Below, in pieces: positions 54,087 through 59,916 of a stretch of DNA of 59,916 nucleotides (position 1 is the stretch's first letter; the number at the start of each line of letters is the position of its first letter). The position numbers and the translations under genes were made by a program. Under the pieces are notes generated by a model, which was given only the letters and a program-made list of their open reading frames with translations, was not told the origin of the DNA and did not search any database. The stretch is taken from the UHGV virus genome UHGV-0126570. One strand, given 5' to 3'. Source of the DNA: a virus.

Positions 54087-54878
54087 ATGGGCCGTTTTGA
54101 CGAATGGTTTGCTGACGATGCAAACCTGGCAAGTAAGGAGTCAGAACATGACAGCACGCAGAGAGAAACGCCAGCGACGGTTGAAGCGGATGCAGGAAGC
54201 GCGCCGGAACATGGCAATGCCGGACCGGATTCATTCAGCATTCTGGAAGAGCAATCCACCGCCGAAGCTGATAGCCATGATAATTTTGCTGATAGCAACG
54301 GTGGCCTTACTCCGGACGCTGGCGAATCAGATATAGCCATACTTCCACCTTCCCTGGCTGGCAGAGAACCGACTCCACAGTTAAAAGCACGCTATAACGG
54401 GCATAAAGCCTTTAATGACCAAATCCGCGCAGACTGGATGCTGATTATTGAATCCAGCCCAGACGCGTTTCAGGCTCTCTTATATCGACCAGATGTTGGC
54501 ACATATGGGGTAGTCAGCGACGAAACAGGAGAAGAGTCATTCACTGAACTGGATAACAACCAACGCGAACTGACTTACCAGGAACCTGAAATCGTTTATG
54601 TGCTGGATAACCCTGACGGGCGTGACTCTTTCCATGCGATTGACGCAGACGGTGAGCAGGATGGCTTAACCGATGATGTTCTGATTCTGCGTATTGCAGC
54701 AAATAACGTCCCCGTCGGCTCAATTCTTGAATGGAATGAAGAGATGGTAAACGGCGTAGCCCGCCGCTGGTGGTACGTGCACCGTATTTTTAGCTACGGC
54801 ACACAGCATGTTGGTTCGCTTTACTACTGCATACCTGCCAGGAATTTTGATACGACTCAAAACGGAGTGATCGAATGA
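54087..54878 (+). CDS. Hypothetical acidic protein
   Basis: ORF track starts at 54045; ATG at 54087 follows GAGG and avoids overlap with the higBA operators. Start uncertain. Confidence 0.4.
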   Translation: MGRFDEWFADDANLASKESEHDSTQRETPATVEADAGSAPEHGNAGPDSFSILEEQSTAEADSHDNFADSNGGLTPDAGESDIAILPPSLAGREPTPQLKARYNGHKAFNDQIRADWMLIIESSPDAFQALLYRPDVGTYGVVSDETGEESFTELDNNQRELTYQEPEIVYVLDNPDGRDSFHAIDADGEQDGLTDDVLILRIAANNVPVGSILEWNEEMVNGVARRWWYVHRIFSYGTQHVGSLYYCIPARNFDTTQNGVIE

Positions 54879-55642
54879 CTTCAAATAAAACCCTCCTGGC
54901 GCGAACAGGTGAATGGCAAACCTCACGCACAGGAAAATTCCAGACCACGGGCTTTGAAAACGTGGATAACGCGTTTGCGACGCTAATCAGCAACATTTTT
55001 TCTGATATCTTACTTGTGGCCCCCGCGCCGGAAGAAAAACGCTTTGCGTCATTCCTGAATCGTCCACCAGCAGAGCGTGTCTATGTGGCCCGTTTCGACA
55101 ATGCGATCGAGTTTCTTAAAGCAGTTCGTCGCGCAAATGCCGGGCAAGGGAGAAAACCTGAAAACCAGAACATTAACCGGGATGCTCTCCCCCTGGTCAA
55201 TATCTCACGCACTATGGATATCAATTATATCAACGATGATCAGCAGATTGACCGCAAAAAAGTAGCCAGTTTTTGCGAACCGGATACCGGAATGCCTTTA
55301 GCAGAACTGGAATACACCCAGGCCATTCTGACGTATGACGTTACGTTAATGGCAACTGATAAAGCGACCATGAGTCTGATGTGTAATTCGCTGGGCGCAC
55401 GGCTTCGCCTGATGACAGGTACACAATTTGAAGCAACCACTCACCTTGTTCGTGTCCCGGTCCCGCTGATTTGCTCGATACAGGATGCCAAAGAAGTCGG
55501 CTTTACGGATGTTTCAGCACCAATTGGAGAAGAGCGTATTTATGCCACACAAGCGCCGATAAGTGTGATTGCAGACGTGATCACAGCATGGGAGTTGGAC
55601 GCAAAACGTATTATTACCGAAACCTCGATATCTATGGGGTGA
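54875..55642 (+). CDS. Hypothetical protein (255 aa), possibly tail/baseplate-associated
   Basis: ATGA-coupled member of the operon that contains a baseplate-spike-like gene. Confidence 0.35.
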   Translation: MTSNKTLLARTGEWQTSRTGKFQTTGFENVDNAFATLISNIFSDILLVAPAPEEKRFASFLNRPPAERVYVARFDNAIEFLKAVRRANAGQGRKPENQNINRDALPLVNISRTMDINYINDDQQIDRKKVASFCEPDTGMPLAELEYTQAILTYDVTLMATDKATMSLMCNSLGARLRLMTGTQFEATTHLVRVPVPLICSIQDAKEVGFTDVSAPIGEERIYATQAPISVIADVITAWELDAKRIITETSISMG

Positions 55643-55645
55643 TAA

Positions 55646-56626
55646 GTGGCCCAGGAGTTACAACAATATTTTCTACAGTCAGTGCTCATTAACGATAACA
55701 AAGTGCCACGAGACTGGATTTTTACCGCAGTATATGTAGAAAAAACCAGCCTCAAAGCCCCTTTGCTAAAACTGGAAATTCATGACGCTACCGGCACCGT
55801 AATTGATGACTGGAAAGCCAAATACGGTGCATCGCTGGTGGCTGAAATGGGCGATCCAAACGGTAATGCAGGCACTTTTAAAACAGATTTCTTTGTTACG
55901 TCTGCAATGCTGGCTGGTGATGTTGTTACCGTTATTGCTGTCAGTGAAGACGTGCGCAGGTTTAAGATCCCCTCCCCGCGCACAAATTTACATACCAACA
56001 AAACACCAGACGCTATATTCAAGGCATATTCCGGCAAGCTTAAAATTACCAGCAGCGTGCTAAAACGCGCAGTTACATATCATCTGAATGCCGGTGACAA
56101 ACCGTCAAAAATGCTCTCGCAGATAGCGCGAGACAAAGGTGCATTATGTTGGGTATGCCGTGGGGAATTTAACTTTTACACCCTGGCTGATCTGATGAAG
56201 CAAACGCCATCATTTACCTACGAGGGGAATAACCCTAAAGCAGAATACACTTTGTCCAAAATGCGCCTACTCCAACAGGAACATGCGACAACAGCAAAGA
56301 ATCAATATCGTTTTGTTGGGTATTCCATGACCGATGGCTACGTCGAATATGGCGATAGCTCACTCCCAGTGCGTTATATATCCGACTCTGATATGGAAAC
56401 TCTTCGCAATATGCAGCTGTCTCTCGTCCCCAAAATGGATATAGAAGTCGCAGGCAATCCGGATATAAAACCGGGAATGGTAATAGAGATTATCGTATAC
56501 CGCTATGACCAGGAAAACCGCATTGATGAATCAATGCCCCGCAAGCTGATAGTAAAAAATGTTGCGCACTTTGAAGACCGCGTAGGCTACACAACACGAA
56601 TGATATTAGGAGTGCCGAACAAATGA
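55646..56626 (+). CDS. Hypothetical protein (326 aa), possibly baseplate-associated
   Basis: Same operon; ATGA overlap with the downstream spike-like gene. Confidence 0.35.
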   Translation: MAQELQQYFLQSVLINDNKVPRDWIFTAVYVEKTSLKAPLLKLEIHDATGTVIDDWKAKYGASLVAEMGDPNGNAGTFKTDFFVTSAMLAGDVVTVIAVSEDVRRFKIPSPRTNLHTNKTPDAIFKAYSGKLKITSSVLKRAVTYHLNAGDKPSKMLSQIARDKGALCWVCRGEFNFYTLADLMKQTPSFTYEGNNPKAEYTLSKMRLLQQEHATTAKNQYRFVGYSMTDGYVEYGDSSLPVRYISDSDMETLRNMQLSLVPKMDIEVAGNPDIKPGMVIEIIVYRYDQENRIDESMPRKLIVKNVAHFEDRVGYTTRMILGVPNK

Positions 56627-57276
56627 AGCGTAGAGCGCAAATTGTTGGAACTGTGCACCCGGCAGGGCTTATGCGTGCTCAGGTCCGTGTTTTACCAGAC
56701 TGGAATGGCGTTCCTGATGACGATCTACCCTGGGCAGAATACCTGTTACCCATAGGTAACGCGTTTGTACCTACAGTAAAAGGCGACCTGGTATGGGTAG
56801 AGTTTCCTTATCTGGATGTTAATGGTCGAATTGATACCAGACGCCCAATGATAGTTGGCGCAGCTCAGGATGCGCCTGGCGGAGTACCAAACGTCGCGCC
56901 GGAGGCGTCAGGCAATGGTAGCGGCTGGACGCCACCAGAAGTAGACGGAGCGCCTCCCCGCCCGCAATTTTCGGCGACAAAAGATTTCGTGATTCACCGC
57001 AACAATGTGCTCGAAGTGCGAACGGCTGGCGGTGGATATGAAATAGCGAATACGGCAGCAGGCTCAAGGATTGGAATGAATGAATCAGGGCAGATATACA
57101 TCATTGGTCCGGCTGATGTAGTAGTGAATGCGGGAGGGAGTGTTAACGTCAAATCAGCCGATAACATCAGCGTTAATGGCAAAAACATTACTGTGACAGC
57201 CGACGAAAATATTGATTTCAAGGCTGGAGGCACCTTCCAGGCTATCGCAAGCAACTTTGATTTCAAGAAGGGATAG
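56623..57276 (+). CDS. Baseplate spike / gpV-like protein
   Basis: N-terminal OB-fold-like segment (IVGTVHPAGLMRAQVRVLPDWNGVP...GDLVWVEFPYLDVNGRIDTRRPMIVG) followed by a Gly/Asn-rich beta-helix-like repeat. Confidence 0.45.
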   Translation: MKRRAQIVGTVHPAGLMRAQVRVLPDWNGVPDDDLPWAEYLLPIGNAFVPTVKGDLVWVEFPYLDVNGRIDTRRPMIVGAAQDAPGGVPNVAPEASGNGSGWTPPEVDGAPPRPQFSATKDFVIHRNNVLEVRTAGGGYEIANTAAGSRIGMNESGQIYIIGPADVVVNAGGSVNVKSADNISVNGKNITVTADENIDFKAGGTFQAIASNFDFKKG

Positions 57277-57285
57277 AAAACACAT

Positions 57286-57329
57286 CCAATTGTGTTAGAT
57301 AATTGAATAGAATTTTCTAACACAATTGG
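57286..57329. promoter_or_regulatory. Extended palindromic operator-like element CCAATTGTGTTAGA-N16-TCTAACACAATTGG
   Basis: Near-perfect 14-bp inverted arms, 7 bp upstream of the rdgC start codon. Confidence 0.55.
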
Positions 57330-57335
57330 TGAAAC

Positions 57336-58241
57336 ATGAGATCAGTCGCTTTCAAAAACATCTTCATCTATCGTCTTTCACGTGAAGTTAACTGGAGTGC
57401 CGCAGAAGTATCCGATGCTCTTAGCAAATTCGTGTTTACTCCTTGCGGTTCTCAGGACACAGCTAAAGTCGGTTGGACACCTGTTCTTGGTGACAACCTC
57501 ACCCATGAATACCAGGGTTTTCTGCTAATACAGCATAAGCGAGAAGAAAAAATTCTCCCCTCGCAGGTGCTCAAGGAAGAGTTGCAGAAAAAAGTCCTGA
57601 AACTCGAAGAAGAGCAAGCCCGCAAGCTGAAGAAAACGGAAAGAGACAGTCTTAAAGATGAAGTCCTGCATTCACTTTTGCCTCGCGCGTTCACGAGAAA
57701 ATCACTCGCCAAAATCCTGATCGACCGCAGCAACCATCTGGTATTCGTTGAGGCAAGCAGCGCCAAAAAGGCAGAGGACCAGCTGGCTTTATTGCGAAAG
57801 TCGCTCGGCAGCCTGCCTGTCATTCCATTCACACCACGCGAACCGCTGGAAATTACAATGACCGAGTGGTTTAAAAGCGGCTTCCCTGCCGGATTTACAG
57901 CAGGTGAAGACGCCACATTAAAGGGTCTGCTCGATAATGGTGGTGCCGTTCGCTGCAACAAAGTTGATCTACAGTCCGACGAGATTATGTCTCACATTGA
58001 GGCGGGGAAAGTAGCTACGACCGTTGCAATTAACTGGATGGACCGTGCGTCGTTCAGAGTCAACGATGATATGAGTATCAAAGCCCTGACATTCTGTGAT
58101 GATCTCTATGACCAGAACGACGATATCGACCGGGAGGATGTAGCACAACGATTTGATGCTGATTTCGTGCTCTTTACGGGCGAATTATCTGCACTGTTTA
58201 ACGCGCTGGTGGAGGCCATTGGCGGTGAAGCAGAACGATAA
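57336..58241 (+). CDS. rdgC: Recombination-associated protein RdgC
   Basis: Alignable along its length with E. coli RdgC ([54 protein letters not shown]). Confidence 0.85.
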   Translation: MRSVAFKNIFIYRLSREVNWSAAEVSDALSKFVFTPCGSQDTAKVGWTPVLGDNLTHEYQGFLLIQHKREEKILPSQVLKEELQKKVLKLEEEQARKLKKTERDSLKDEVLHSLLPRAFTRKSLAKILIDRSNHLVFVEASSAKKAEDQLALLRKSLGSLPVIPFTPREPLEITMTEWFKSGFPAGFTAGEDATLKGLLDNGGAVRCNKVDLQSDEIMSHIEAGKVATTVAINWMDRASFRVNDDMSIKALTFCDDLYDQNDDIDREDVAQRFDADFVLFTGELSALFNALVEAIGGEAER

Positions 58242-58257
58242 TAACCGACCGCTTGTT

Positions 58258-58905
58258 GTGAGTCTTTGTGATTTTACGGGGGCAATGGTTGCCCCCTGGC
58301 TGGAATACGGTGTCGATGCCGCTATCGTCGATCCACAGCACTTATCGACCAGTGACGAGCGGATGCAATCAGGTGCCGTTCTGACGCGTATTAGTGCGAT
58401 CATCGATAGCGATGAAGTATACGCTTTTCTCCGTAAGAATTTGCAGCGCATCGTGTTTCTGGCCGGGTTCCCACCGTGTACTGACCTGGCTGTTTCCGGC
58501 GCGCGCTGGTTTTCGGACAAGGCTAATAAAGATCCGGTTTTCCAGTTCAAAGCAATGCAGGTTGTCTGGCAGTGTTATGACATTGCAAAGATGATCGGTT
58601 GTCCGTACATGATTGAAAATCCGGTCAGCAAAATATCGACATTCTGGCGTAAGCCAGATCACATCTTTCACCCTTACTTCTTCACTGCATATTGTCAGGA
58701 AGATAACTACACCAAAAAAACATGCCTCTGGAGCGGCCAGGGCTTTGTCATGCCTGATGCCCTAATGGACGAATCATTAGGCAAGCCAGATAACAGAATC
58801 CATGCCGCGCCACCAGGGCCTGACAGGGCTAATTTCCGAAGTGCTACTCCACATGGATTCGCAAAGGCAGTTTTCGAAGCGAATAAGGGGGTGCTCTATG
58901 AGTAA
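58258..58905 (+). CDS. Minimal C5-cytosine methyltransferase-like protein (motifs I, IV, VI only)
   Basis: LCDFTGAM (motif I-like), GFPPCTDLAVSG (PC motif IV), IENP (motif VI-like) with canonical spacing; no recognisable target-recognition domain. Start uncertain (GTG 58258, ATG 58285, or ATG 58153 inside rdgC). Confidence 0.4.
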   Translation: MSLCDFTGAMVAPWLEYGVDAAIVDPQHLSTSDERMQSGAVLTRISAIIDSDEVYAFLRKNLQRIVFLAGFPPCTDLAVSGARWFSDKANKDPVFQFKAMQVVWQCYDIAKMIGCPYMIENPVSKISTFWRKPDHIFHPYFFTAYCQEDNYTKKTCLWSGQGFVMPDALMDESLGKPDNRIHAAPPGPDRANFRSATPHGFAKAVFEANKGVLYE

Positions 58906-59803
58906 ATCTATAGCAAGCATAGCCATAGAAAAACAGGATACGATGGCTGAAATTAGCTATATGCGCACCATTCGGACTCCGGATGAATATGAGCGTCCGA
59001 TATTCAAATGGGTAGGTGGTAAATTCTCAGAATTGCCTACAGTGCTTGAGCATCTACCACACGGTAAGCGGTTAATAGAACCATTCGTTGGTGGCGGTTC
59101 CGTATTTACGAATGCAGGATTTCGCCACAACCTGCTTAATGATATTAACGGTGACCTGATTAACTTCTATCAGACATTGCAGCGAGAAGGACATTCGCTC
59201 GTCACGCTGTCATATAGTTTTTTCAAAAATTACAACAACGCTGACGCTTACCTCGAAGTGCGTGAGGCATTTAACAGAGGAAAATATGACCAGCTACATC
59301 ATGCTGCCGCATTTTTGTACCTTAATCGTCACTGTTTTAATGGCGTAACGCGGTACAACCAAAATGGCGAGTTCAACGTGGGGTATGGCAAATACAAAGC
59401 GCCCTACTTCCCACATGCAGAGATGGAGGCATTTTTGGCTGATGACGTACTCAAAAACACTTCCTTTGTATCAGGAGACTTTGCTAGCGTCATCGAGGCG
59501 GCTGGTGAAGACGATGTGATTTTTTGTGATCCGCCGTATGAACCGCTTCCGGATACAGAGGGATTTACCAGCTATTCAGGAAATAGCTTCCGTTTCGATG
59601 AACAAAAACGGCTTGTATCACTGTTGGTGGATGCCCACCAGCGCGGCGCTAAGGTAGTGATAACAAATAGTGGTGCTCCAAACATCCGTGAGCTATATGA
59701 AGGAAACGGGTTTAAAGTACATCATATGGCAGCCAGACGGTCGGTTTCCTGCAAGGCGTCAACACGTGTAGTTGCTAACGATATAATTGCAATAATGAAG
59801 TAA
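58898..59803 (+). CDS. dam: Dam-family N6-adenine DNA methyltransferase
   Basis: FKWVGGK, EPFVGGGSVF, FLYLNR, CDPPYEPL in the order found in E. coli Dam; start overlaps the upstream stop; GGGGG RBS. Confidence 0.85.
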   Translation: MSKSIASIAIEKQDTMAEISYMRTIRTPDEYERPIFKWVGGKFSELPTVLEHLPHGKRLIEPFVGGGSVFTNAGFRHNLLNDINGDLINFYQTLQREGHSLVTLSYSFFKNYNNADAYLEVREAFNRGKYDQLHHAAAFLYLNRHCFNGVTRYNQNGEFNVGYGKYKAPYFPHAEMEAFLADDVLKNTSFVSGDFASVIEAAGEDDVIFCDPPYEPLPDTEGFTSYSGNSFRFDEQKRLVSLLVDAHQRGAKVVITNSGAPNIRELYEGNGFKVHHMAARRSVSCKASTRVVANDIIAIMK

Positions 59804-59805
59804 AA

Positions 59806-59833
59806 AACGCCGCAGTAGCGGCGTTTACTTTTT
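59806..59833 (+). terminator. Rho-independent terminator
   Basis: AACGCCGC-agta-GCGGCGTT followed by a T-rich tract directly after the dam stop. Confidence 0.65.
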
Positions 59834-59916
59834 CATGTGGCGAAATACCTATTAACCTAACTTCGCCCAGGTATCACGCAGCCCAACGGTGCGGTTAAAT
59901 ACCGGTTTTTCCGCCG

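Noticed and set aside
59840-59916. Possible 3' end of a minus-strand gene running off the right edge
   Set aside because: Only ~20 codons are inside the window; too short to call or identify.
1-59916. CRISPR arrays, IS elements or integrase/att sites
   Set aside because: No regularly spaced direct repeats, no transposase-like ORFs with terminal inverted repeats, and no tyrosine integrase other than the Cre-like recombinase; the element looks plasmid-like rather than integrated.

Overview
This window looks like a segment of a P1-like temperate phage or phage-plasmid of Enterobacteriaceae, mosaic with lambdoid-type accessory genes. All calls are from reading the sequence and ORF translations by eye; no database search was run. 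Landmarks from left to right: a Hin/Gin/Cin-family serine invertase with a crossover-like site at the 5' edge and an inverted fossil of a second Cin-like gene; holin-like genes and a long plus-strand operon of large uncharacterised proteins; a 2304-aa DarB-like methyltransferase-helicase; four tRNAs (Arg-UCU, Thr-UGU, Ser-UGA-like, Ile2-CAU) embedded in hairpin-rich non-coding DNA beside a TerB-like gene; PacA/PacB-like terminase; a lox-like site with a Cre-like recombinase; an accessory operon containing dUTPase, a DUF2829/Tad2-like fusion protein and a terminase large-subunit paralog with degenerate ATPase motifs; HumD; a minus-strand accessory block (small exported proteins, Ea22-like paralogs, HNH proteins, Ser/Thr phosphatase, ClpX-zinc-finger-like protein, DUF4406); a second Rha module; HigBA; a baseplate-spike-like gene; and an RdgC / C5-MTase-like / Dam operon. 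A recurrent operator-like element (TGTTAGA-N16-TCTAACA palindromes plus single TGTTAGAAAA half-sites) sits in many intergenic regions. The strongest candidates for undescribed biology are the cre-proximal operon at 32957-36815 and the two DUF2829-like fusion proteins. No CRISPR array or IS element was seen.
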